Shown: positions 48,861 through 62,719, counted from the stretch's first letter. The stretch: DNA of 64,000 nt from Tubiluchus corallicola (GCA_030141605.1 JAQGDQ010000541.1:62001-126000); one strand, 5' to 3'. Translations and numbers: made by a program. Notes: generated by a model not told the origin, from the sequence alone.

Positions 48861-50269
48861 TTAAATTTTTCAGTTTTTCAGCATAAGGAATTTTATATTA
48901 CGCAGTATAAACGGTTGGCTTTGTTTATCGTTTATGTAAAGACGTTCTAGATGTGTAGTTCAGATAAAGGCGAGTGCATTGACAGCATGTTCTGCTCGCA
49001 TAAATGTATCCTGGCTTGTTTTACTGTTTGTTTTTATAGTGTTTTGGGGTTTTGTGACGTCGTAAAAAATGAGCTGTCATGAAAAGCCAAGATTGGATCT
49101 ATAATTCATGGTTCGAATGACGTCATCAATCGATGACATTAATTTGTTTTTGTTGCGGTTCATCAGTTATTCTGATATTTATTCATGTTTATTTGGGCTA
49201 GCTTTCTTTATGAAGTAATATAGTGTAACATAGTGGGTAGTGTTCTTAGTTTTTATCTAAAAAATAAAATTAAAAAAGGCATTTGTATTTTTAACGAGAA
49301 ATATAGCTACATCTATCTGAAACGTCAGTGTGCGATTGGGTGGCAGTAATTTTTATTTTAGTTTTTAACTCCTTCAGGACCGCACCATTCTAAATTGGTC
49401 TTGTAAGACCTAATTTTTTCTGCTATTGTATGAGCACAGACATTACTGAATGATTACAAATTAGGTAGTGTTCGATTTAGGAGAATCACAGCTATCCAAT
49501 CATGCTATTTGTTTAAACATTTATACGTGATTTAATTGGATAAAGTTAAGAAAAACACGCCCTTTTCAGGCACTTCAACTAAGCCTATCGTGTAGCTTCG
49601 TCCGGTGTAAATTTCCTTGATCGTACCCAATGTTTTCTTGATCGCCTGCTTGCTACAACCCAAGAGAAACATCTGCTGTACAGAATTTCAAGAAAAGCCA
49701 ACCCATCAGTCAAGGAGAAATTAAGGTCGTTTCATCTTTTAACAGGAATTCTCAAAAATAAGAGTAGACTTGAGGCCAATGTGTATCAGAATGTTGTGTC
49801 TGGATACCTGAAATTTTCTGCATTAGCAGATTCCTCACAAGTGATACTGCGTATTGCATTCTGTTGTTCCATGTGAGAGATGGGAGCATAAAGTGATGTG
49901 TGAAACTCATGGAACAGAAAAGCAAATAGGAAGACAGTGGAAGAGAAAAGAGGAAATAAAAGCAAGGAAAAGAAGCCGGAGAAGAGAAGAAGAGGAAAAG
50001 CTGAAAAAATAAGTTGGGAAAAGATAAACTGGGGAGGGAAGACAAAGAGTGTGGGAGGATAAAGAGCAGTGTAGACAATCCAGTAAATGGAAAGAACCTT
50101 TCCAAGAGCGACATCCTCAAAAGTATAACACCAGTAAAGTCAAAGCTTGCAGGCAGCTACTAATGGTTGCAAGACGAGGAAAGTTTAGACATATAATTAC
50201 CCTACGAAATAGAATTCATATACTTATGTATTTATGTACATGTAAAATGACCTTAGTGTGATAATAACA

Positions 50270-50670
50270 TTAGACTTGAAATTTTCCAAGCAATTTGTAT
50301 CCTTTGTTAAGAAAGCAAACAAAATTTTGGGGATGATAAAGAGGCACTCGTTTCTAGAAATAAAGAAATTATATTGAAATTATACATTGGTTCGGTTAGA
50401 CCGCATCTAGAATACTGTGTGCAGCTTTGGAATCCCCATTATCAGAAACGCATGTTGTTTAAGGAAGGTGTGCAAAGGCGTGCTACAAGAATAATATTTA
50501 GTTGTAAAAGTCTGAGATATTTAGAAAGATTGAAGTATTGCAGTTTGACCACGGTTGAATTAACAAGGCACCCTGGAGATCTTATTGATGCTTGTAAAGT
50601 ACTAACTAGAAAAGAAAGCATTTTGCTTGAAAAGTTCTTTAATTTGGTTGTTGATGAAATTGTTTGATGA
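50270..50670 (+). mobile_element. CR1-clade LINE fragment
   Basis: LYIGSVRPHLEYCVQLWNP...VQRRATR...YLERL...GDLI matches the CR1 ORF2 C-terminal signature. Confidence 0.8.
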
Positions 50671-53012
50671 AAGATGCAGCGGCTCGTACAGTGCAATGAA
50701 ATTCAACGCTTGCAACTTGTGACTTGTTTGTAACTTATTGTAAGGCGAAGAATTGTAAGATTATACGAAAGTGCAATTAAATGTAATGCCTTATAGTACA
50801 ATATAGTAAAATGCAACATAGTATAATGCAACGAAATGCAACGAGTTGTAGGTGTAGTTCAATAAAATGCAATGCTGTGCAAAGTTAACGCACCGTCACT
50901 TTTTTATTTCATGTAATTTATATAATGTAATTGTTACCTAAAATGATAATAAATGACAGTAGCAATATCATGTCAACTCTGTGACTCAAGTTTTTCACAA
51001 ACTTTTCTTTCAAGCTATTTCAGTTTGCAAATTACGATGATTAGCTTCGCGAAGTCTTAAAAGATTTTTGGTTTTGAGCTCTCAAGGCGGAAATTGAAGT
51101 TGCGATAGAGCTGGATCGATGAACAGTGCTAATTTGTTAGAGTGGCTGCAAGCAGCACCTCGAAAGCTCTTGTAAAATTTTAGAGGTTTTAGAAACGAAG
51201 ATCAAGAGTTTTATTTTGTGGCGTATGGTAAATTTTGAAATCGAAGAAGCTGATTGACGGTCTAGGACTTTTTGACAATTTTTTAAAGAAAGATCCAGAT
51301 GCGACAGTCCTACAGCTTATCCTTTGCCATCTGTGCACGAAGTCGTCTTGTTATCTTGGCATCATCTTTTTAATAGAGTAAATGGCCAACCAGCAATCTG
51401 CGGTGCCCAAGAAAACAGTGATGGGTTCAACTCGAGATAGAAGAATTATGTGGAAATAAATTAAAAGTAAAACGGATAAATGAATAAACTAAGCAAAGCT
51501 TTGTTTAAAAATTTCATAATTTGATATAACCATTTTGACGTTGACATACATATGCATATGTACTTTACTTGCAATAAAATAAATTACAATAAAATCACAA
51601 TCCTCATTGTTAAAAATATTTTCAATACTAAAACACTGTTAAAGGCAAATTCATCTTGTACAAAACTATAAACTATTAGTACATAAAAATTAAAACTAAA
51701 CGAAATTACATACATAAATACAGTAGGTTCACGACACTATACATGGGCACCATGCGATTAGTGAAGTACATTACAATATGCACATAATACATAATACATA
51801 ACACAATACATATGTGTTATGCAATACATATGTGTTATACACAATACATAGGTATACTACAATAAGTAAAATACATAATCAATGTATGATAAAATTTTCA
51901 TCAACTATCACAATATACACAATACGTTCGTATATAATACCTACCAAAAATTACTTGTACAGATTGCCGTTTTAATTTACTATTTATGAGTTGCGAATTT
52001 ATAATTGTTCTTTTTCAGTTATTAGGGACGTGAGTATACAAAATTTGAATTAAAGAATTTAACGTCATTTACATGAGTTGGTTTTTGAAATCTACTTAGT
52101 TAGCATTGTTTCGGTTTCTCTTTATTACACTATCATAGCACTCAATTCGTTTTGGCTCAGGATTAGCAAATGTAGATAACATAACAGTGGATTTATTAAG
52201 TGATTATTCTGATTGTTTACTGTATTTTAATGCAGTTTGCATGACAACTTGGTTCAAATGTGTTCGCAAAATGTCAAGCTATCTGTAATAATTCACGGCT
52301 AATTCAGCTGATTTATCAACTATTCAGGATTTAGTTCCAGGTCATATCATACTGTCATTAATAACTTCAGTAATGTGACAGCCCGGGATAAGGTTTGATT
52401 TCTAATACTTTGATAAATTATTGTGTCGTTTTTTATTTAAAGGAATATGGTAGTTAAGCCAACATCAACGAAAGCTCAGTTTGTTCAGCATCTGAATTAG
52501 CAGCCGAATCACCTTCGCATCATCAGTAGCTTTGTACGAGCCGCTGCATCTCTCTGCAAAGGTTTCCCGCAAACCTAAGAGATGCTATTAAACTTAGCTA
52601 ACGTAAACAACGCAAGTAAACACCGTGGATGGAGGGTTATCACAGTTAAGAAGCAATTTCCAAACCTGGCTGCCACGTGCCTTGGCTTCGCTTAGCGTGT
52701 CTGTGAATGAAATCAACGTATTGGGTTGAGCAACAACAAGTAAAGGTAAGATAGGTGCTTTAGTCACAAACAGATCTTCTCGCTACTAGATAGATAGGTT
52801 GAAAACATTTATTTGCAACGTAAGAAACGAGTACCTTATTTCTCTGATTAATTTATTGAAATCTGAAAAGAGTACACGAAAAAGAAGTTTCGTCACTTTT
52901 TACTCACTTAGTCAGGTCAGCTTTTACTTCACTTAGGTTTCAGCTAATGTGTTCATTAAGTTTAATATAAAGTTAAAGTATTAAGTGTGACATTTTGTTT
53001 CTCAGATCGAAC

Positions 53013-53087
53013 ATGATTACTCATAGAGCAAAGTTGAAAGGAGTGACCACTTGCCATATTTTGCTGCTGTTGCTCCAAATAACTCGG
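53013..53087 (+). CDS. ADAMTS-like gene, start/signal-peptide exon
   Basis: ctcag acceptor at 53005, aacATG, MITHRAKLKGVTTCHILLLLLQITR, donor gtagga, phase 0. Confidence 0.6.
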
Positions 53088-53201
53088 GTAGGAACGTTAC
53101 CACTACAAGTTTGATTTATTTTCACATTATACCAACAGTACAATTACTCAGTGAGTATAGGAGTTAAGCTGTTATGAATACAGGTCATAAAAGGACCGAA
53201 A

Positions 53202-53400
<199 letters not shown>

Positions 53401-53476
53401 AAGGGGGTAGAGGTAAAATAAGACTGGTATAACAGGTTGTTGATCATTTCTTATTTTTCCGTTTTTTCTTTTTCAG

Positions 53477-53504
53477 CCTTCTGTCACAAATGGTTTAATG
53501 ACAG
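53477..53504 (+). CDS. ADAMTS-like gene, 28-bp microexon
   Basis: Strong pyrimidine tract + cag, PSVTNGLMT(G), ag|gtacgt; supplies the phase 0 to phase 1 link needed by 54166. Confidence 0.6.
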
Positions 53505-53644
53505 GTACGTGTGTGAAACACATTGGTATAATTCATTGCAATAGAGATACTAAATTTTTTCCATACCCTGAAAGTAAGACTATGTGGACGAACTCGTATA
53601 ACTGACTTTTCGTGCAAGTAGTGTTTGTTTTAATGTGCTTCTGC

Positions 53645-54058
53645 ATATACATGACCAAACTGACGCATATACTTGAACAAACTGACACATACACTTGACC
53701 AAACTGACACGTATACATGACCAAACAGACGCATATACCTGAACAAACAGAGGCATACACTTGACCAAACTGACACATATACTTGACCCCAAACTGACGC
53801 ATACACTTGACAAAACTGACACATATACTTGACCCCAAACTGACGTATACACTTGACAAAACTGACACATATATACATGACCAAACTGACACATACATGA
53901 CCAAACTGACGTATATACTTGACCAAACTGACACATATACATGACCAAACTGACGCATATGCTTGAACAAACAGACGCATACACTTGACCAAACTGACAC
54001 ATATACTTGACCAAACTGACGCTTATACTCGACCAAACCGACGCATATACTCGACCAT
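53645..54058. repeat. ~22-bp minisatellite (acttgaccaaactgacacatat)
   Basis: About 18 degenerate tandem copies in an ADAMTS intron. Confidence 0.9.
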
Positions 54059-54165
54059 TTTTTTCTGCAGAGCTACTAAAGCGCAAATGTCTTCTCATCT
54101 TTTCAGAAACTGTGGAAAAGCAAAGTTATGAAACAAAATGCAGTTTTCTTATTTTGTTTTTTAAG

Positions 54166-54560
54166 GATCTCTACCAGAAGAATACAGCGTAGTGTATCCA
54201 CGAGTACTGGATGAGTTAGGCAATGTCTTGAATGACTTCTCTCTGATTAAATCGAAACGAATCTACAAAAGAAATGTCGCCGATACCAGCCCTGGCGATT
54301 TCATTGATGACGACAAAGGTCTTGACCGAGACGTTAGGGTTGAGCTGGATTTAGATGGGCACCGCGTTAGATTAAGATTGCGGCAAAATAACCAACTGGT
54401 CGCACCTGACGCGCATATTGAATGGATGCGCGTCGATCATGGAACGGTTCTTTTAGGAAGAGAAAAGATATCACGTGGCGTCAAAGATTGTTTCTATAGC
54501 GGGACAGTTGAAAATAAAACAAACTCAGCAATAGCTCTTAGTAGTTGTGATCAAGGTCTT
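54166..54560 (+). CDS. ADAMTS-like gene, M12B propeptide exon
   Basis: EYSVVYPRVLDELG...LRLRQNNQLVAP...CFYSGTV...AIALSSCDQGL; ag / gtaagt boundaries. Confidence 0.9.
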
Positions 54561-55516
54561 GTAAGTATTGCGTGACAACTTTAATTTTCGATTATAAATA
54601 AGAAAGTCGTAATATAACAGCCGTATAACATTTTTTAGATTTGATAAATTCATTTCGTCATCATATAAGTCAACTAATTAACTTGAAATTAAGAGTATAC
54701 GCCTAATTAGGTGCTGTGAAATTTAAATTATTGGAACTTGGCCTGGTGGTTAAGACATTAGACTTGTATCTTAGTTTCAACTTTCGCACTATTTATTTTT
54801 CAGCCTTTTTTCTTTGAAATCTTATTATTAGTGGGTTGTTATTAATTGAATATCTTAAAATGAATAATTTAGAAATTAGAATACTCCATAAAGTTAATAA
54901 ATTGAATTAATCCGTAGAAGTATTCTAACTTCTAGATTATTCATTTAAAAAATGAATTAATTTTTGTTGTGTCGTCAGTTCCCATAAAAATACTGCAACA
55001 GAACTTTAGCTCACCAATAATAAATAATAATTTGGCTACATTGTTCAATTTTTCAGCTACATTGCTACTGCAATTAAATTAAGTAAATATACGGATTAGT
55101 TAATTAGTTAATTACTACTGATTCTTGCTCTAGATGCACACAATTAATCTATTTCGTCAGTAAGTAGTGGGAGTAGACTAGCAAATTGGACTAATGCATG
55201 GGATAATGAGCTAAGAGAACTAACGTGGGGCTACGTGGTTTTTATTTTTTATTATTGGACAAGCTCAAATTTGCACTCAAATTTGAATCTTTTCGTATTT
55301 CACTTATCAAGACTAACTTGTTTTATTTAGTCTGAATAGACTGCAGTAGCATAGGCACAATTTATAACTAAACCTAAAAAATAAAGCTTTATTTACCACG
55401 GTGACCTAAAAATTCTACTATTTCTATCAGATATTACAACAAAAATCCATTTGTCTTAATGCTAGAAATGATCCACAGATAATGCCTTATAGATTAATGC
55501 AAAGGTTTTGTTACAG

Positions 55517-55628
55517 TCAGGGCTGATAAAAACTGGAGATGGTGATTACTTTATTGAACCGCTGCCAAAGAACACCAGTGAAGATGCTCCGGCGCATGCA
55601 GTTTACAAGCGACATGCGCCATCTAGTA
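55517..55628 (+). CDS. ADAMTS-like gene, propeptide exon
   Basis: SGLIKTGDGDYFIEPL...HAVYKR; ttacag / gtaagt boundaries; phase 0/1. Confidence 0.9.
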
Positions 55629-55700
55629 GTAAGTTGGGTAGTTCTAGTAACAAGGTGTTGTGCTGGTAGTGGAGATCTCCTTTTTCGGATGCCCCTATAC

Positions 55701-56208
55701 CAGTGGTTCCCAACCTTTTGTTGACGGCGACCCCTTTCCGCAACTCTGCATCGTATCGCGACCCCGCGAAGAACAAAATCACGTGCTATACTATTAAACG
55801 TCATTATCGTTCGCGTTTATTAATTTTAACTTACTATTCAACAAATTATTGAACAACAAGTGATCGTTTCATTAATTCATTAATGTGAAGGTTTCATCTG
55901 TTTCTCAGCAATCAGTAATGCAACTGCAATAAGGTATTCAAGGTAAAATTAATAGCGACTCGCTTTCGGGCGGTGTACACTGTACACGATTGTACAGCAT
56001 GGAACAGCATTTTCGTTTTCCCGGAAAATCAAGCACTGGTATCCCGCATTTAGCGCGGGAAAACCCAGTTTCACCTTCCAGAACAAAATGACGTAATGAA
56101 AATACTGAGGAAACAAGACCTGCCTTATATACTCTTCATGAAAACAGCATTTTTAAAAATGGTTTTTGCACTAGCTTGCGACCCCACGAAAGTGATTGGC
56201 GACCCCTG
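55701..56208. mobile_element. hAT (Charlie-like) MITE
   Basis: Starts CAGTGGTTCCCAACC, repeated gcgacccc subterminal motifs, 8-bp flanks ccctatac / ccctagac; right TIR partly deleted. Confidence 0.7.
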
Positions 56209-57429
56209 CCCTAGACGCTAAAAGCTAGTGCCGATTTTTTGTTGAGTGAGGTGGTGTTACGAGAAACTCTTAGATACAGATAAATGAATAAATAAATAAA
56301 ATAAATTTATTTAGCACTACGCCATGCCATCTTCTATTTCTTAGCACTTCTAATGGTCATAATTAAACAGAAACGTTTGTCAAATAGTGGATAAGCTCAG
56401 AAAGTCCTGCTTTTTTTGCTACCCCGAAAGGAGTGTATGAAGTTAATAATAAATTCGTAATGATATCTTGTTTCAAGAAAATATTTCCAACCACTTGGCT
56501 GCTCTCACAGCAGACAAGCTTCTTGGGATAAATACATAGATCTCGCAACGACCAATCAGCTCTCCCTTTGTCTTCCTTCCTCCTTCACCTGAGTTGCTCT
56601 CAAATACAGGCAAAAAATGCTTTGAAATATACTGCGAGAGTTATGGTTAAGTGAGTATTATTATTATTATTTTTACCTTCTCCAGTCATACAAGATTTTG
56701 GCAACTATAATTTGTCTAGTCTGGAAAGATTAAAAACATTCAGATTGATTAGTTTCTTCAAGCCAAAATACTCAAACAAATCTGCCGTTGAAAAATCTCT
56801 CTCAGCTAGGCAGATAACATGAGCTAAGCCGTCAAATTAATAAAACCGTTGTCTGTCTCAACATAATTAGATTCCTATTTTTTAATTAAAAATTTTATGC
56901 TGTTACAAGAGATTGCCAAGTGCAACAAAGATTGAACATCCAGTATTTGACAGACCTCTTAATTGTCATTCACAGTTTGTGAGGTAATAAACTTATGTTG
57001 TTTAAACCCTTATTACTTATATAAGCCTTTTGGAGTAGTCATTTATAATGTCTAGTATGATCATTTTATACGTTTTATAAAAGATATTTTTATAGTATGA
57101 AACTCGTATCAAAATTACTAAGACCAAATTTACCTGTATCAAACTTACTAGTAGCAATTTTTTCCACGTTTTTCAGTTTCTTTACCTACTGCAAGCACTT
57201 GCAGCGGGGGGGGGGGGGGGGGGGGGTTGAGAATGAGTGTTACGTCATAAGGTTGGGCGGGGCTAAACACGGCTTGCGATCTGTGTATTTTCAATTCAGT
57301 CTCAACCAATGAAATTGATGCCTGTTAAAAGAAATATAGTTTTAAGTAAGAACGACAAAGTAAATATAATTTACCTTGCAACAAGATGTCAAGTATTTTA
57401 TTTGACGTTTCGAATCCATTTATCATTAT

Positions 57430-57728
57430 CAGGGCCGGATTATGACCTTTTTGGGCCTCTCAGACGGAGCCATTTGCTCGCGCTCGCAATATTTTTACTT
57501 GTGATATATTTTAAAAACATTTGCATAGCAGAGTGACCAATATTTCAAATAAAGGGCTGCAAAGAGGGGCTTCAAACGAGGGTGCTATGTGTTTCAAATA
57601 AAAAGGCCTCGAACAGGGATTCCTTATCTCAAATAAGAATCCACTTTAAAATTGGTTTTCCAGACTTCCTGGCTTCCTTTTTAAAATCAGTAATGCAAAA
57701 TAGTGGCCTATAGGGTAATCCAGCCCTC
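57430..57728. mobile_element. hAT-like MITE
   Basis: Inverted termini cagggccggatta / taatccagccctc. Confidence 0.55.
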
Positions 57729-58407
57729 AACAGTAAAAATGAAAGTGCACGAGAACTACAGACTGATTCTTAAATTAATACAATTAACCCCTACAGGAAC
57801 ATTACAGTGCTTATTGTTACTCGTATTAAATTAAGTATTCTAGAATAATCGGTCGATTGCCCTCAAGCGTCTGAATTCGTTTTAGACTCTTCCAATGATG
57901 AGCCATCCATGGCTCCAAAACGTTAATAGAAATACATGTTATCACGGTTCAAGCTACTGTAGATCAAAACTATGTGTAGAGGTGTCGGGAATGAATCAAA
58001 GTGACTGGAATGAAATTTTACCAAGATTTTCTCAACATGTGTTGACCTCTTTCTCAAATTCTTGTACAAATTTAATGTCGTCAATGAATATTGATAATTA
58101 TAAGACTGGCCTAGAGCAATACTGTTTGCATTAGTCTCGGCCTAGACTCTTGGGTTTTGGCTTTACTCTTAGTGATTGTGAACATTGTGTTCCGTCCCTT
58201 ATGAATTTTTATTGCAATGTTTGTTCAAAACAATTGTAAAAGATCTTCGATTTGACGTGTGTTGACAACAATGCGTTTGTGAACATTAACTGACAAGGAT
58301 CTATATAGACACCTTTCATTGAGACAAAATATTTCCCTCAAGTAATTTATAATAAATGCTAATTATTGTTGCTATAGAAAAACATTTATTGCTTTGAAAT
58401 ATTTTAG

Positions 58408-58595
58408 ACGGTTTCCCAAAGGATGTCGATGATGTCGTGGAAAATTTGAAACGGGCAACTCGCGCCTTGCGTCGCGAGCGATCGGAAATCACGGATACAA
58501 AATTTGTAGAGGTGCTTCTTATTGGTGATCATGAAATGGTGGCATTCCACGAGCAGTCAAAAGTACATTTGTACATGTTATCATTAATGAACATG
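58408..58595 (+). CDS. ADAMTS-like gene, furin site and start of reprolysin catalytic domain
   Basis: Phase 1/0; RALRRER|S then FVEVLLIGDHEMVAFH...YMLSLMNM, resembling ADAMTS2/3 IEVLLGVD..VV.FHG...YLLTLMNI. Confidence 0.9.
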
Positions 58596-58709
58596 GTACG
58601 TTTTTCTAAGGAAGTAAGGTCAGCTAATATTCTGCTTTTTTAAACGTATGTGAAATACTAACATTCTGCAGGACACAAGTGAACAATTAAACAGAACGAA
58701 CGAGCAAAA

Positions 58710-58819
58710 ACAAACAAACAAATAAACAAACGAACATACCAACGAACAGACAAACAGGCAGGCAGGCAGACAGACAGACAGAGAGACAGATAGGCAGGCA
58801 GGCAGGCAGGCAGGCAGGC

Positions 58820-58867
<48 letters not shown>
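58710..58867. repeat. (CAAA)/(CAGG)/(CAGA) compound microsatellite
   Basis: Directly visible. Confidence 0.9.
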
Positions 58868-58868
<1 letters not shown>

Positions 58869-59094
58869 TGCTGTTGTTGTGTAAGTTTTCCTTTCTCCCG
58901 TTGCTGTGACGAATTTTCCCGTTTTTTAGTGTGTCTAGAGTCTTCACATACACTGCGCCTTATATACTCCAAAGATATATACAGATATAATATGTTACAA
59001 AAACAAAACCGTTTACACAGAGAGTCAACTTTGTGCATTTTAAATTTCTACAACACAGTTTTTAGCACCAGACAGATCTGTTTCCACAGTTTGA

Positions 59095-60261
59095 CTACAT
59101 GCTCCTTTGAGCGTTTATCAGCTCATTTGTAAAAACCATTTCTGGTTTGACAAGATCTAGACATACCTGTTCATTACTCTTGGGTTCGAAATAATAAACA
59201 GTCTGCGGAAAGTATCCCATTTTGGGAACCTCTTTTGCACTCATAGTTCTACTTTCTACTGTTCTATTAACACACATTGAGTAATACTTTTCCGTGTAAG
59301 TTCTCAATATTTTTACATCATTTTTCATTCTCTGATAACCATAATCCTGAACTTTCTGTTCGAAGATTTGTTTGAACGTCTTATAGAGGAGAGCATCTCC
59401 AGCACTCCACCACTCCGAGCGTCTGATTTGACTAGCAGTCAGGCTTTGATTCTTCGACATTCTAGAGTTCTGTTTCAACGTAACCACGTCTTCCCATTTC
59501 CAGCAAAGGAGATTCCGCAATAGCACCAAAGATTCGTCCATTCGCTCAGCAAGCATAATCAAATCGAATTCGTTCTTTATTTCCTCAATCTTTTTTTCAA
59601 TCTTCTCCATCTTGTCAAAGTCTGATATGGGGAGTCCAAAGTCAAATAACATGCTATTGCGTGTGGGCGGGTACTTGAGCTGTGATGGTTTTTTGACGTA
59701 TTTCTCTGGTTGTTGGATGAAGTCCTTGAACTCCACCCCATAGTCTTTGTTTCTCAAGAAGAACGTGTAGAGTGAATCCAACACTTGTGCAGGATGTCTG
59801 AGCACCGATATGAATTTGGCATCTGGTAAAAGTGTCCGTATCTCATTTAGATTAAACACAGTATGATGACAGAAAATGTTGTAGCTTTTCCTGCCAGATG
59901 GCGCCACCATTGAAGCATCAAACGGCTTTCCGCTGCCGTCCAAATAGTTTCCCCAGTTAGGGAGGACAAATGTCAGATTGTGTTTCCTTCCATAACGCAT
60001 AAAGATATTCTGTATGCTACTGCTGCCACACTTGTGCGCTTTCAGAAAGAAAATGTTTTTTGATGGTTGGCAGGACCGTCTATTAGCGTCGTAAGATTCA
60101 TTCCTTTTCTTAGTTTCCAAAGTCTGCGACATAATGACGACGCTATTTCTGTCCCCATTTAGAGAGATGCCATAAATGAGCGCGTATGCAAGAAACCACA
60201 GTGAACCAATGAGAAATGCGCTCCTACGATCAATTGTCGCTTTTAGCCTGGCACACGGCAT
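59095..60261 (-). CDS. Galactose-3-O-sulfotransferase (GAL3ST family), type II membrane protein, intronless CDS
   Basis: 388-aa ORF with N-terminal TM segment, 5'-PSB NIFFLKAHKCGSSSIQNIFMRYG, 3'-PB FISVLRHP, RNSMLFDFG, FDLIMLAERMDESLVLL. Confidence 0.92.
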   Translation of the reverse strand: MPCARLKATIDRRSAFLIGSLWFLAYALIYGISLNGDRNSVVIMSQTLETKKRNESYDANRRSCQPSKNIFFLKAHKCGSSSIQNIFMRYGRKHNLTFVLPNWGNYLDGSGKPFDASMVAPSGRKSYNIFCHHTVFNLNEIRTLLPDAKFISVLRHPAQVLDSLYTFFLRNKDYGVEFKDFIQQPEKYVKKPSQLKYPPTRNSMLFDFGLPISDFDKMEKIEKKIEEIKNEFDLIMLAERMDESLVLLRNLLCWKWEDVVTLKQNSRMSKNQSLTASQIRRSEWWSAGDALLYKTFKQIFEQKVQDYGYQRMKNDVKILRTYTEKYYSMCVNRTVESRTMSAKEVPKMGYFPQTVYYFEPKSNEQVCLDLVKPEMVFTNELINAQRSM

Positions 60262-62108
60262 AATAAAAGTGAATTCGAAATTGTATCACGATTCATCAGT
60301 GACATGTTATTTTTCACACAAACGCGCAGCCTTAATAGAATTCATAGTGCAGAACTGTAGCTAATAACTGCCCGAGTAGTTCGAATAACACGGTAGCCAG
60401 AGTTAAGGAACAATAATCAACAGTTTATTCTGCGAAGCGTAACAAATCCAATTTATCTTCAAGTGGGATCAAGAAAAACTTCTTGTGACCATTCACAGTA
60501 GTAGCTTTGAGCCGTTTTAATATAGCACGATTTACAATCCTTACGAAACAGAGTTACGTAACAATAATCTCTGCGTTGTAAATTTAACCCCCAAATTTAG
60601 CCTATATATGCGCCCCAGTAAGCCGTTGGGTAACGTTATAGCTTCTATAATAATTACCCGGTAAGTCGAAGATCATGTTAGCTTATTATTCACAAAAGTT
60701 GCTGAAAAAATACCAGTCACAAACAAGTTTCTTGCCCGGAGCAATGCCCCTCTTTTTTAATCTCTGGCGCGTTGCAGTATTTAGAGGTTGCTGACCCTAA
60801 ATAATACTGTCCACATGAGTAGATTTTAGAGTAGCCGTTACCGGTTGTATGAAACTGTTGACCACGCACCTGTACGATCCAGTAATCACATTAAGAGCAC
60901 CTAATTACTTTTATCCGATGAACGACTCAATTTCCTTCCTAAATCGTAGAAGATTTGCACTTGTATAGTCTGCGTGTTAGTTACCTGAGCTAGTACAGAC
61001 CGACTGACACGACACTAGTTATTGACAATTGACAACAGTAACTAATAGTGTGTCCCATCACAAACTTGCACGACGAGTTTCATTTCCGGAATGATTGATG
61101 GCCTTTGTGCCTTATTTCATTGTACTACAAATGTGGCTTGATAAGACTTGCATTGACAAATGTAATGTCTGAAAAATTAATCGAATTCAATACGCTCGTG
61201 TCAAAATATCTGTTTGGTACATTTTGTATATATAGTTAAAATGATACTGAGACAATTTTGAAGATTAAACTTGGTCTTAGGAACGAATTTATCTTTCGCA
61301 ATTAGATGACTAAACTCTCCACAGTAAAACTGCCTACAGGGGCTAATTAAGCTGACTAAGCGAGTTGGACATAACTTCATTCTTAACAGTGAAAACATTC
61401 TTAACATGATAAAAGTAAAAAACCGTAGAAAGCGGATAAAACCAAAAAACGTTGTGTTAACATTAAAATTTTCATGAAATTATAAACAGGCATCCAGGAT
61501 CATCAATTATATAGGAAAAGAGTAATTTGTGGCCTTTGCAGTTTTGACAAATGTTTTCTAGCTATATTATAAAACAACTGCAGCATATCACTTTAGAGTT
61601 ACACTTTGTTAAAATGCGCACAACTATAAAGTGTTGTACCGTCGTTCTTACACAAACTAACCTAGAAATAAAGCTATGCAGTTGATAATTTTCTTGAGCT
61701 TTTTATTAGGAAAGAGTTTTATGTCAAGGCCTATGGGCTACAGCAATAGTAAGCTTCGGCCCACATAGGCTAAACGTGTTAAACTTTTACATGGATAATG
61801 TTTGTAGTTAAATACAACACAACTTCATTAAAGCTCTTATATTAAAAAGTTAAAGTCGTACCAAATGTTACGACCAGCTTTCATCACCAGTGGTAAATTT
61901 ACAAACAACAACCAGTTTATGTAGGCAGAGCCTGTTCTGCACTAATTAAGTAGTTAACAAAAGCCAAATAGGCAATGAATAAAGTTGTGTTCTTTTAAAC
62001 TATAAATGTTTTCAAGTGCCTGTAATAAAAATTGATAATGTTTGTCTTTTGTTTTTTTCATTCAAGAAAAAACTCATTCATTTATCATAGAAACTCTCAC
62101 ATTTTTAG

Positions 62109-62189
62109 GTGAATATGATTTACCAAGATATGTCGCTGGAGGCAAACATTCATATCGTTGTTGTTCGGATAATCTTGCTGGATTCAAAT
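62109..62189 (+). CDS. ADAMTS-like gene, catalytic-domain exon (gene continues beyond window)
   Basis: VNMIYQDMSLEANIHIVVVRIILLDSN resembles ADAMTS2/3 VNEIYHDESLG..INVVLVR; tttttag / gtgagt boundaries; phase 0/0. Confidence 0.88.
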
Positions 62190-62310
62190 GTGAGTGCTAT
62201 ATTATTACAAGTCAGAAGCATTTGCATGTTAATGGCGGCTATATGTATACATGAATCTTCGAGTGGCAAGCGTTTCTTATGAACTTATGCTGTAAAGCTA
62301 GTATGTTAAC

Positions 62311-62719
62311 CAGGGGCGTATCAAGACTTCACGACGCCCTAGACCGATAGTTCTATCCTCTATATTGCGAATTTATTGTTGTTTATGTAATGAGCAGGTT
62401 AAACAATGTAGTGTATTAGAAATACTATTAAGATTGTTTCTACGTTGTTATTATTAATTACACGTATTTGCATAGCGCTGATATTCAAGTAGGCTGCGCA
62501 ACTGCTCGTTGTGTAATACCTTGCACCTGTTCGTTATGTGGCATTTATATAAAAGCTACGATCAGTAACTGCCTGTGATGTGTTATAAAACGCGTGTCCC
62601 CTACATGAATATGAAATCACCTGTGTACACATTTTCCGATGAGAATAATCTAAAATTTGATGCCTCTCAAACTTTGGCGCCTTAGGGTATAGGTTAGCCT
62701 ATTGGCTAATACGCCCCTG
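62311..62719. mobile_element. hAT-like MITE
   Basis: Inverted termini CAGGGGCGTA / TACGCCCCTG; TSD not preserved. Confidence 0.55.

Noticed and set aside
53533-54098. Three overlapping minus-strand ORFs with Cys/Val repeats
   Set aside because: Translations of the 22-bp intronic minisatellite.
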